Source: the human T2T-CHM13v2.0 reference genome, Homo sapiens. Taken from it: DNA of 64,000 bases. The stretch lies in NCBI RefSeq assembly GCF_009914755.1, contig NC_060947.1; one strand, given 5' to 3'. The stretch's first letter is position 1. Each line of letters opens with the position of its first letter. Of this stretch, positions 1 to 14,548 are shown piece by piece. Made by a program: the position numbers and the translations under genes. The notes under the pieces were generated by a model. The model saw only the letters and a list, made by a program, of their open reading frames with translations, did not search any database and had not been told where the DNA came from.

Positions 1-474
1 CCTTAAATTTAGGAGACATTTTCTTCTTCATTTTTACTTTTCTCTAATTGTCAAAGAGATAAATATGCATTATAGAAAATATGGCTAGTGCAGAAAAGTA
101 TATATAAAGAAACCATCCATCATTTCTCCACCAAGAGGCCATAAGAAATGGTAGCAACAATGGCAAAAAAGGCATTATTTTCAGTTATTAAGAAATCAAC
201 TTTGTCCCTCCATCCCTCATTGATTGATCAGGCTTGTAATAAGAGGCTAAATTCCTTTCCACTGGGATTCCATTTGTGTGGGGGTTTTCAGAGAGAGAGA
301 TGCTAAATGGTCATCAAAGGAATGAACTGGAATTGAGAAGGATTGTATGGCAAGTTTTAACTGCAGACTAAAGCATTTTTTTTTCATGATGTTTCCAGGG
401 ACCAACCACACTTCATTTCACTTCTAGTCCGTTACTTGTATCCTAATGGATGTGGCCAGTCCTATTAACTCTAA

Positions 475-805
<331 letters not shown>

Positions 806-2233
806 TATTAGGTATGATTTTAAATGGTAATAATTTGGTATTATGGATAGGGACTCAAGAATAATCACATTTTTACTTAACCTCATTACCTTTTTCATGT
901 AAAGTTTGTTAAGAAGCCATACATACAAGGGACAAGGACAGATAGGAATTAAAATACCACTTTGTGTTTAGTGGAATTAGTGCCCACTACTCTGGCACAG
1001 GGTTCTCTGGTAAAGCTAGGTTTCAGCACATAACTTAGGCTCAGGATCCAAAAAGGGCTTCACCTTTTCCCACCAGTTTCCAATCTTATCATAGCTTACT
1101 CCTGAATTGGTAAGAACCAGTAAGTACTTGAGCAATAAAGTGAAAGTATCTGAACAATCAAGTGAAAGAAAGTAAGATGGCTGGATACCAAGGAGGTTTA
1201 GCTTAGTGTTTCCATTTCTCTGAATGACCGGAAAGCATGAAAGAGAAATCCATCTACAGTATGTGACCTTTTAACCCATAGTGACTCTCTCTAACACATT
1301 AGTAAACATGGCTCAAGGGATTCGAGCCAATCATTTGACTAGGTCTTTCTTGAGGGAAGGGAGTGGGGGTGAGGAAGCTGTGATCCTTTTCTTTCATTCT
1401 TACTTTGTGCTTTACAACCACTCAGAGAGAGGGAGTTGTACATATAGGTGGATATCCCCATAGGGGGATGGTAATAATTCTCTTATGCATGGGAGATTTC
1501 TCCAAATGAATTTTAATCAGTGCTGTATGTGGAAACTAAATTGTTTTTAAAAATTTTTTAAATGGATTTTAAGATCACAAGTTTTGGACTCAGATATCTG
1601 GGACGAACAGGCTGTCTTCCTATCTTGTTGTGGAATTTAGATATTTGTTGTGGTGGCCCCTTCAGTCCTTCAGTCCTTCCTAAGGGCCCCTTTTCCTTCA
1701 TTATCCATCTATATATTTAAAATATCTGTATTTTCATATCCCTTTGACTCTTGCATTCCTAACAATCTAATCTACCCCCTCTTGTGAGAAGGCACCACCA
1801 CATTTATAACAGGTAGTTCTCTAAGTGAAATTCATGGCTTAGCAATCTTCACAGTCTCAATCTTCAGTTCATCTCTGTATATCTGTGGCCCTGGTAAGAT
1901 CCCAAGGGATTTGTTTTATGCCACTGTGACTGCTGTTGTTGCTGTCTGCTGTAGGTTCCTTAGGCCTACAAATCCCTAAACTGAAGCTGTTGCTGATGCT
2001 TCCAAAGGCTGTGCCATCCTGTGAGCACCAATATATCCTCATCCATGTCCTCTTTCCCCAAGCCTTGCCTTCTCTTCAGGTTTAAATTCTTTAGGTCTTT
2101 TTAAACCTGTAATACAACATTCTTTTGGCTTTTTTTTCCCTAGCAGCAGTGGCACATGCCCATCATTCCATTTTCTTCACTTTTCCCCCCACTGGCAAGT
2201 ATGTAGAACAACGTTTCATTTCCTTCTGTTTTC

Positions 2234-2322
2234 TCCTTCCTTCCTTCCTTCCTTCCTTCCTTCCTTCCTTCCTTCCTTCCTGCCTTCCTGCCTTCCTGCC
2301 TTCCTGCCTTCCTGCCTTCCTT

Positions 2323-2355
<33 letters not shown>
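2234..2355. repeat. Compound microsatellite (CCTT)n/(CCTGCCTT)n/(CT)n
   Basis: Directly visible; lies at the 3' side of the adjacent Alu. Confidence 0.95.
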
Positions 2356-2621
2356 GTACGGTGGCATGCTCTTGGCTCATTGCAGCCTTGACTTCCCAGG
2401 CTCAAGTGATTCTCCCACCTCAGTCTCCTGAGTAGCTGGGACCATAGGCAAGTGCCACCATACCTGGCTAATTTTTCTTTTCTTTTCTTTTTTTTTTTTT
2501 TGTAGAGACAGGGTCTCATCATGTTGCCCAGGCTGGTCTCAAACTTCTGGGCTCAGATGATCCTCCTGCTTTAGGTCTCCCAAAGTGCTGGGGTTACAGG
2601 CATGAGCCACCAAGTCCAACC
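2356..2621 (-). mobile_element. AluJ-type SINE lacking its 3' end
   Basis: gcagccttgacttcccaggctcaagtgat and gggctcagatgatcctcc AluJ-like motifs on the minus strand. Confidence 0.9.
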
Positions 2622-3415
2622 CTCATCCATTTATTTCTTAAGGTCCTGTGTCTTCTCTATCTATGTAGGGCTAATATTATTTGCTGGATCATAGTGTCTT
2701 TTGTTCTTCATTTTCCTTTCTCTTGTTTTGTGGTCTTAACATGTGTTTTCTTAACATACTCCCTCAGGATTTACCTTATGGGATTCCTCCCATAGTGAAA
2801 ACTGTGAAGAAAGAATATTCTAGGACTGCAGAAAGTATCTGCTATTCAAGTAAAACCTCCTTACCCACTTTCATATTCCTAAGTAGGAGAATTTTTTCTA
2901 GGAGGTATCTTTGCATCATTCCATTATTTAACACAGACCAGACTCACATATATTGAAATCCTGCCTTAGTGAGTTTCATTTTTCTCTCCCATTCCCTGAG
3001 AGCCTTAACTCTCTAAATGTCATAAGAACCTTCCCTTCTGGCCCAGGCTATCCTGCTTTCCAAATTACAGTCACTGTGTCACTTGAAGCTCACTAAATAA
3101 TACCTGCTCACCGTGGTCTTCCTCTCTTTTGATTCTTTCTAAATGTTTTGTAATCAGTCATTAAAAGAAGAATTGTAATCTGCTCCTATTATTGACCCTT
3201 TGTCTACAGTTTTCAGGGGGCACCTCAATAGTTTTTTGAATCTGGTTTTCCTTGTGGGAAGGGGTGTGGTAATGAGAGGTCATTCCAGTTTGCTCATATT
3301 TTTCCTTTTATTTTTCATTAAATCTAAGTCTGAGTTACCTTTCTAGACTTAATAACAGAAAATATGTCCCACGCTTTCCTAGTCTGACATCAAAACATCA
3401 TGTTGTATACCTTAA

Positions 3416-3438
3416 ATATATCTATATATCTATATCTA

Positions 3439-3493
<55 letters not shown>

Positions 3494-3503
3494 CATCCAT
3501 CAA
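3416..3503. repeat. (TATC)n microsatellite following a ~30-bp L1 3'-end-like stub
   Basis: Tetranucleotide array; the preceding catcaaaacatcatgttgtatacc resembles the L1M 3' end at ~46222. Confidence 0.9.
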
Positions 3504-6464
3504 TCCTGCTTTTAGGCATGGGGACATCTTTGGGGGGTAAATCTCTCTTTTTGCCTTTCATTTAGGGAGAGTTTGATCTCTAAGATCTTAGGCCTTTTCT
3601 ACCTTCACTTCCTGATAATACCTTGGTTTGTTTCCTGATATTTCTAAAGCTAAAACAGTCTCCTGGATGGTGGTTCTCTGTTCATTTAAAACACACTGCA
3701 GTTGTTCTGCCTGCTGCCAAGGTCCTTAATCGGTTGCTGTGCCAACCAGATTCTGAAGGCCAAGGCATTACTGCCACGGTCTTTTTTTAGAGCATTATTT
3801 TTTTGTTGTTGTTCTGAGGTTCTGAGTTTTTCCTTTGGATTTGTGGTAATTAATTTTATTGGCTTTTTTCCTGCTACTTCAATCATAGAAACAGCCATAT
3901 TCCCTATGTTTCAGGGCTCTCACACTTTTTTTCCCATATATTTACTTTTTATTGAATTTGTTAATGTTACAGAGTTCTTGCACTGCCAAACTATGCCTGA
4001 GAAGTCAAAGAAATGGTACAATGGACAGCTTCATCCACCCATCATACAGTATATTAAAACTTGATTCACATACATTTTGATATTTTCACAATCTTTTAAA
4101 CAGTTATAACAAGAGTTGGAATTTAAATCTGCTGCAGGTCTTCAGATTTCGAGTACAGTATGCCATTACATAACACCTCCACTTATTCATCTCGGTTTAT
4201 TCTTCAATAACATAACCCCCAACAAAATTTTGCTGGAAAAATGCATACTTTTCAGGGAAAATATTTGGCTCAATGAAGAGATTATTTGTTAAGGTTTTTG
4301 CTTCCCAAATAAAGTCTTTAGCTTACCAAGAATCCCATTTCTGATTTAATCATTCAACCTCCCCTTGGCTGGCTCAGCTACTCACCGAAATGCATCAGAA
4401 GGTAGGCATCCTGCCTGCCACCTCAAATAATGACAATATTATTGCTCAGACATGGTTGGCAGGTCCTGTCAGGAGATATTGTAACCCTCCTAGAGTCTGA
4501 TTCCTGCGCTGACACTTTCATCAAGACTGACTTCTATAGGAAAACGCTCCTACATCAGAATAGTTTTACTTACCCACTTGCTTCACTCTTGCCAGTAGCA
4601 AGTCTGCAACTCATGTATTTGGCAAAGGGATTTATTATAGAGAAACCCAGACTCTGCATCAAGTGGTCACATACCACTTTGAGATATTTCTATTGAACCA
4701 AAGATACAAAACTAGGAAACTGCCAGACTATCTCATTAGGTGGAAACTTTCCTGTAATCTGGGATAGCTTCCTCAAGTCCCTTTTAAAGGACCAAAAACT
4801 ACTAGGTAGTTTAAGCTGTAATTATTAAAAACAGAAGTGCTACATCATCTTTCGCCCTGACTCTCCAAATGAACATAAAGACACACCAAAAGGTTGAAAA
4901 CAGAGCTAGCTGGGAAAATCACGGCATGTATGAAACATCCAATACCTTGAAAATTTGGGCACAAGTATATAAGGAATTCTTATCAAAGATACATGCACAA
5001 TCCATGAAACTTAAATGGGTTTTAGCTGAGGTTTTGCTCATGTTGCTCTGCATTTATAAGGACAGATCAGTGAATCCCTTAGCCTGAGCAGAAAGCATAT
5101 TCTTCTCACTGCAGGTTACTATACAATTTAGACCTGATTAGAGAAGGTATTAGCAACACCTGAAGTAGAGCCTCCAGCATCCACTGCCCTTTACATATTT
5201 GGTTCCACCCTCAGGATTGGCATATTCATGAGACATTTCACAGTTCAAATGCATACTTCAGGTTACTTAACCAGGCTATAAGCTCTGTCAAATAACTTAT
5301 TTCAAGTCAAAGTAAAAAAGGCCTTAATGTAGAACAAAGAAAAGCACTTTCCAAATAAAAAATTACTAAAAGAAACAAGATTATTCTCTCCCTCACCCCT
5401 TCTCCCACTCAGTGGACCCCAGTTTGGCTGAATTTATTTTGTGGTTACCTCAGAATACAACTAAAAGTTTAAATTACAAATCACAGCCTTACACAGATGA
5501 TCCGAACATATCAGTTCTTTTGAGCGGTGTGTTCCAGAAAGTCTAATATAGCCACAGCCTACTACACAGGGTATTCCTTAAGGGCAGGGAACATGACAGG
5601 TTAATTAAGGAACTTAAATCTTCATCTTTTATAGCAAATCAGAACCCAGATGGCTGACTTTCTGCAGGATTTCTGATAAGAATCCAGTAGAGCTGGTTTC
5701 AAGGTTCACATTGATACTTAATAGCTATAACTTTCTTATCCAGAAGTTGTGATCCACATGAAGTCTACAATGAGTGCAACAAATCTGAGGTAGTCAACCT
5801 TTATGAAGGCTCAGTATCTGAACATAAAAAGATTTTGAAATGACCACTGTCTACAGGCTTTGGTTTTTGTATTTGCAGAGTAAATATGAAAGAACACTGT
5901 TGAAACTAGTTCAACATTTATATAACAATGAAAATTCCCCTAAATCCAATAAGCATAAAGAGCAGTCGTGAAACTTTAACTTCCATAGTGAAATAGGGCT
6001 GGTCACTTAAACCAAGTGGTATGCATCAGTTGTTGTAGATCCAGCAAAAATCAGACGATGAATGGCTTTTCATGCTCTCACACTTCTTAATCTGGTTTAC
6101 AATAATGCCTATCACTCTTTGAGTCTTTGAAATTCACAGCCAGTATTAGGATCTACCTAAGGAACATTCAGAACCAATTAAAGAACTTGTAGTAGAGGAA
6201 AGGGGGCCTCAGAAGCAAGGCATGGAAGTCACCCACGTCTCTAGGTGAGTTGTACTATGTTACCGTCTCTGACAATGAATGTAGTTTAGAATAAGATAAA
6301 GAACAACATAATATGGACAGCTGGTACCATTTATTAAAACTTGAGGCCTCAATAAATCCTCACCCATCAATGCTCGATCTGCAGCCAAAACAGGAACAGA
6401 ATGAAGAAAGAAGGGGAAACAAGCTATAGTATCTGAATTATGCCACTGTACTAAAGAGTAAGAT

Positions 6465-7960
6465 ATGTCCAGAAAAGACATAGAACCTTTATTCATAGCA
6501 GTCAAACACTAGAAACAACCCAAATGCCCATTAACAGGAAAAACAGATAAACAAATTGTGGTATTCTATTACACGATAAACTACTCAGGAAAAAAAAATT
6601 AGATCGAACATTTTGAGCAAGAATGTTTCATAGATACTGTTGTGCACTTCATGTTGCATCACATCAGGAGGCACGTAATAATGCCCAAGTGTCCTAATAA
6701 TAGTGGAACTGAGTTTGATAACTTGGTTAAAATTTCTCCACTGACAAAACATTTTTTCCTTTGTAATCAGTAAATTATCAATGGGATGATACTTTGAGAC
6801 TTTATGCATATCCTTTTCTCTAACAATTTTCACCCAATAATTTTAGCATCCACTGATGATCCTTATCTAAATTCATTATTACATTGGGACTGCAAAATGA
6901 TAATTTTCTTTCTCTTTTTAAAAAAATTATTGAGGTGGAGAAATGATGATTTTCTAAATCTATCATCTTTCTATATTTGTTAGCTGCTATTCTTCTGCAA
7001 AGAAAAACTTTATTTTAAAAATTTTTTTCCTGAACGGAGTATTTTAATGGTATCACTCTCAGGGACTTAGGAATATACAAATGTTAGCTCCATACTATTC
7101 ACACTGTTTTGCACCCTTTTAAAATAAGTACTTGGGATATAATGTACAGCATGGTGACTATAGTTAATAGTACTTTATTGTTTACTTGAAATTTGCTAAG
7201 AGAGTATATCCTGTGTCCTCACCACCCCCAACACACAAACACAATGGTAACTTTGGTGATTAACATGTTAATTGATTTGATTCTGGTAATATTTCACAAT
7301 GTATACACACATCAAAGCATTATGCCATACACCTTGAATATATACAAATTTTATTTGTATTATACTTCATTAAAGCTGAAAAATAAAATTAAAAAGGAAA
7401 AAATAACATGTATCTTGTTTTTACGGAAGTCTTTTTGTATAAGTACACACAGTACTTTATGGTTATAAATGGCTGTGTAGTATTCTATAGAATGAGCCTA
7501 CAGAAATTTATTTAACCAGGTTCTTATGAATGGACATTTAGATTGTTTCCAGTCTTTTGCCATTAACAATGATGCTACAAACATCCTTGTACATATATTT
7601 TGTGAACACATTGCAGTTTGTCTTTAGATATTGCTAGGTTCCAGGGTATGTCATTTACAAGTATTTTAGGTACTATTAAACTAAAACACCAAATTTTAGG
7701 TACTACTAAACTAAAACACCATAAAGATTTTGTTCTCTGTAGCAATGTGCAAAGTACCAGTTTCCCTACACTCTTAAAATACAATGTGTTATTATATTTA
7801 AAAATCTTTGCAAATCTGAAAGGCAATAAAAAATATATCTCTTGAGAGTAGTTTGTCATTGCATTTATTTTATTAGGAGATTGTGTACCTTTCATCCATA
7901 TGAAAGCCATTTGTATGTACTTTATTATGAGTGTCAACTAATAATGTTTTGCCCATTTTT
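6465..7960. mobile_element. Mosaic of old L1M 3' fragments (L1ME +, L1MC-like -, L1MB-like + at ~7135-7400, L1ME -)
   Basis: Motifs gaaacaacccaaatgccca, gcatcacatcaggaggcac, tacagcatggtgactatagttaa, ggacatttagattgtttcca. Confidence 0.7.
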
Positions 7961-7962
7961 CT

Positions 7963-9947
<1,985 letters not shown>

Positions 9948-10109
9948 TTTTGCCCATTTTTCTATTGTTATTTTGTTCATTTCCCTTACTAACTATATGT
10001 AAAGGAAATTAGCTCTTTGTTATACGTATTATAAATATTTTCCCAGTTTTTCATTTGCCTTTTGTTTATAGTATTTTCCCATGCAGATAAGAATGATTAT
10101 TTATTTATC

Positions 10110-10670
10110 TATATTATTTTAATAAATCATAATTGTATACATTTTTGGGGTACAATGTGATATTTTGATATATGTATATAATGTGGAATGATTAAATCAA
10201 GCTAATTAACTTATCTATCATCTCACTTAATTTTTGCGCTGAGACTTTTGAAATGTATTCTCTTAGCTATTTTTAAATATACAATACATTATGATTAACT
10301 ACAGTCACCCTGTTGTGCAACAGATCTCAAAAACTTATTCCTCCTGTCTAACTAAAACTTTGTTACTCCCATATGATTCAGCAGTCCCACTGACTGAAAT
10401 CAGTATGTCAAAGAGATATCTGCACTCCCACGAGCATTGCAGCACTATTCACGATAGCCATGATATAGAATCAACCTAAGTGTTCCTCAATGGATGGACG
10501 GATAAAGAAAATGTGGTATGTGCATGCAATGGAATCAAATTCAGCCTTTAAAAAAAGAAAATCCTGTCATTTGTGTCAACACAGATGAACATGGAGGACA
10601 TTATGTGAAGTGAAATAAGCCAGACACAGAAAGACAAACACCATGTGATCTCACTCATATGTGTGGAATA
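10110..10670 (-). mobile_element. L1MA (MA7-9-like) 3' fragment with 5' inversion
   Basis: 3' terminus on minus strand to ~10363, then the upstream L1 segment on plus strand 10364-10670. Confidence 0.8.
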
Positions 10671-10673
10671 TTA

Positions 10674-10978
<305 letters not shown>

Positions 10979-11304
10979 GTGGAAAAACAGGCTTTTATGA
11001 AATAAAATTCATCAATCTTTTTCTACTGTAGCTTCATTATTTTACATATTTCATAAATTTTGGTTGAAACATACTGTACAGAAAATTGCACATTATCATC
11101 CATATCATAAGTATGATTTAATGAATTTTCACTAGCTATATACTTCCATTAACCAGCACCCAGATCAATAAACAAAACAGGACCAATACCCTGGGTGTCC
11201 ATTTTGTGCTCCCATGCAGTCACTGTCTGCTCCATTCCACACTTAAGATTTGGTTCATTTTGTATGGTTCCATTTGTTAATATAACATTTTAAAAATTCA
11301 TTTT

Positions 11305-11919
11305 ACCACATTTTCTTTGTTCAGTCTATTATTGATGGGCATTTATGTTGATTCCATATCTTTGTTATTGTGAATAGTGTTGCAATAAACATACATGTGC
11401 GTGTGTCTTTATAATAGAATGATCTACATTCCTTTGGGTATATACTCAGTAATGGGATTGTTGGGTCAATGGTATTTCTGTCTTTAGGTCTTTGAGGAAT
11501 CACCACACTGTCTTTCACAATGTCTGAAATAATTTATATCCCCATCAACAGTGTATAAGGAATACTATGCAACCATAAAAAAGAACAAGATCATGTTCTT
11601 TGCAGGGACATGGATGGAGCTGGAGGCCATTATTCTTAGAAAACTAGCACAGGAACAGAAAATCATATGCCAGCATGTTCTCACTTACAGATGGGAGCTA
11701 AATGATGGGAACACATGGACACACAGAGGGGAACAACACTCACTGGGGTCTTTAGGAGGGTGGAAGGTGGGAGGAGGGAGAGGATCAGGAAAAATAACTA
11801 ATGGGTACTAGGCTTAATACCTGGGTGATGAAATAATCTGTACAACAAACCCCCATGACACAAGTTTACCTATGTAACAAACCTGCACTTCCACCCCTGA
11901 ACGTAAAATAAAAGTTTTT
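11305..11919 (+). mobile_element. L1PA13-16-like 3' fragment with 5' inversion
   Basis: Minus segment ~11305-11557, plus segment ~11559-11919; TSD aaaaattcat(t/c)tta at 11292-11305 and 11920-11933. Confidence 0.9.
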
Positions 11920-12119
11920 AAAAATTCATCTTAAGGTAAAGAGTTAAGTGCAGGATCCAATATTTTTTTCAGGTGACTATGTAGTTGTCCCAACACTTTT
12001 TATCTTTTCTCTACTGATATGGCATTCCAACTTTATCATATACCAGTTTCTTTTAGATATTCGAACCTATTTCTGAACTCACTTTTGTTTCATTGATGTG
12101 TCTATTTATTTATTCATGG

Positions 12120-12330
12120 TTTTAAGAAGGGGAATGACAGTCTATATTTCTAAAAGATCACTCTAGTTACTGTGTGGAGAATGGACTGTGAAGAGGAAGA
12201 GTGGGCAGAGAGCAAGTATGGAGACCATTTACAAGGATGCTGTAGTAATTTAGGTGAGATAAAATAGTGACTTTGACTAGAGAGGTACAGCATGATAGAC
12301 AGAAATGGTCAGATGTCAGGTATGGTTTGG
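12120..12330 (-). mobile_element. L2 fragment
   Basis: aaaagatcactctagttactgtgtggagaatggactg is a typical L2 antisense motif. Confidence 0.75.
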
Positions 12331-13077
12331 GCATTTAATTCACGTATTAGTACCACACGACTCTTTTAATTTCTGTGTCTTTATAGTATATTTTAATATC
12401 TCATAAGGCCAATCCCTCCTCATTACTCTTTTTTTAATGGAATTTTCAGGATTTTCTTGAATGTCCGTTTTTGCTATATGGACTTTAGAATCGGTTTGTC
12501 TCATTTCAAAAATCCTACTGGTGTTTTGATTAGTATCAAATTAAAGTTATAGACTAATATAAAGAGAAGAATTAACGTATATATAATGTGAGTCATCCTA
12601 TCCAATAATAGGGCATGTATCAAAGACTTTGTATCCCTCAAAAGTATATACAAGATTTTTTCATACAGATCTTTTATGATTCACATGTTTTAATTCTGAG
12701 TTTTTTTGTAGTTGATATTTGAAATATTTTCTATTATATTATATTTTGATTTTTGTTTTTAATATCTCAAGCACACAAATGAATTACAAAAATCAAGCAT
12801 TCATGCTTCTACCGCCTAGACTTAATGAATATTAAAATGTTTTGTATTTTTTAATTTTTTAAAGAATATAACATTTATGGGTAAAATTAAAGTCCCTGAC
12901 CCATCTCATCTATCTCTTTCCCTCCCTACAGATAATCTGATATTGGCAAGTAGCCCCTCCTACCTTTCTATGCATCCATAAGCATTATATGGTATTGTCT
13001 TGTATACTGTTAAATTTTACAGTATCATAGTGTACCTGTCATTTTGCAACTTTTTTCTACTTAATGTTTTGGTTTTG

Positions 13078-13362
13078 GGCCAGGCATGGTGGCTCACACC
13101 TGTAATCCCAGCACTTTAAGAGGCCAAGGTGGGTGGATCACTTGAGGTTAGGAGTTTGAGACCAGCCTGGTCAACACAGTGAACTCCTGTCTCTATTAAA
13201 AATACAAAAATTAGCTGGTTATGGTGACACATGCCTGTTATTCCAGCTAGTTGGGAGGCTGAGGCACAAGAATCGCTTGAACCTGGGAGGTGGAGGTTGC
13301 AGTGGGCCAACAACTGCACTCCAGCCTGGGCGACAAAGCGAGACTCTATCTCAAAAAAAAAA
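13078..13362 (+). mobile_element. AluS-type SINE
   Basis: Dimeric Alu with A tail, inserted in old L1M sequence. Confidence 0.95.
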
Positions 13363-13682
13363 TTGGTTCTTGAAATTTATCTATGTTTCTACATGTAGTT
13401 TTATCTAACTCACTTTAACTGAACAAGAGAATTACGTTGTATGAATATAACACAATTTTTAAAAACCCATTCCACTATCAAGGGACATTTGGCTTGTTTT
13501 CAACTTTTTGGTATTGTAAACTATGTTGTAATGAATATCCTTAAATGCACATCTTCAGTATTACCAGATGTTGCCAAATTGCTTTCTGAATAGCTTCAAC
13601 AAACTTACTCATGTATTCCACAGATATTTATTTACTCCAAAATATGTGCCAGCCACTATTCTAGGGGTTATGTATGCAACAG

Positions 13683-14078
13683 TGTCTCAGTCTGTTTGTA
13701 CTGCTATAAAAGAATACCTGAGACTGGATAATTTATAAATAACAGAAATTTATCTTCTCACAGTTCTGGAGTCTGGTAACTCTAAGATCAGGGCACTGGA
13801 TATGTTCAGTTTTCTGAGGAGCGCTGCTTTCAAGATGGAGCTTTGTTGCTGCATCCTCCTTGTTAAGGGAACATGATGTTCTCACATGGTGGAAGGCAGA
13901 AGGGCAAGTGAGCCAAATGATGCATGAAGAATCTTTTCTAAGGGCCTTAATCTCATTCTTGAGGGGAGGAGCCCTCATTACCTGATTACTTCTCAAGGGC
14001 CCTACCTCTTAATACCATCACATTGGCCATTAAGTTTCAGCACCTGGATTTTGGAGGGGACACATTCAAACCAGAGCA
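13683..14078 (-). mobile_element. MaLR solo LTR (MSTB/C/D-like)
   Basis: tgtctcagtctgtttg...acattcaaaccagagca termini; 5-bp TSD aacag/aactg; splits an L2 3' end. Confidence 0.88.
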
Positions 14079-14193
14079 AACTGAACAAAGTAGACAAAAG
14101 TCCCTTCCTTCTGGATATTACATTGAAGTTGGGAGGAAACAGATAAAACCCCAAATGCCTAAATAAGATATAGAACATGTTATATGCAGATAA

Positions 14194-14548
<355 letters not shown>

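Larger units (their letters stand above)
1767..3937 (-). pseudogene. Decayed TEX13-family-like gene (TEX13-like N-terminal domain plus C-terminal RanBP2-type zinc finger), interrupted by an AluJ and microsatellites
   Basis: Minus strand 1877-1767 reads QR*TED*DCEDC*AMNFT*RTTCYKCGGAFSQEGVD*, i.e. W-x-C-x2-C-x3-N-x6-C-x2-C with each stop one base from the expected R/W/K/W codon. ORF 3898-3686 (EKLRT...LKK...ALAFRIWLAQQ) weakly aligns to the recalled TEX13A N-terminal domain (DKLRA...VKE...SLALGVRFAHR). Start position is approximate. Confidence 0.7.

Noticed and set aside
2125-2522. Three overlapping ORFs of 75-119 aa
   Set aside because: Translations of a microsatellite and an Alu
3655-3693. 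CFK*TENHHPGDC on the minus strand, resembling a Gag CCHC knuckle
   Set aside because: Imperfect spacing, no protease or RT downstream, and a different frame fits the TEX13-like domain
2830-6100. Scattered similarity to recalled bornavirus L and G proteins (TSPWLA, NFHSEIGLV, WYNG, PKEK, GIVWQC), i.e. a possible endogenous viral element
   Set aside because: Matches are short, need many large gaps and occur on both strands of the same bases for different proteins, as expected by chance. The minus strand is better explained as TEX13-like. A tBLASTn with Bornaviridae proteins would settle it.
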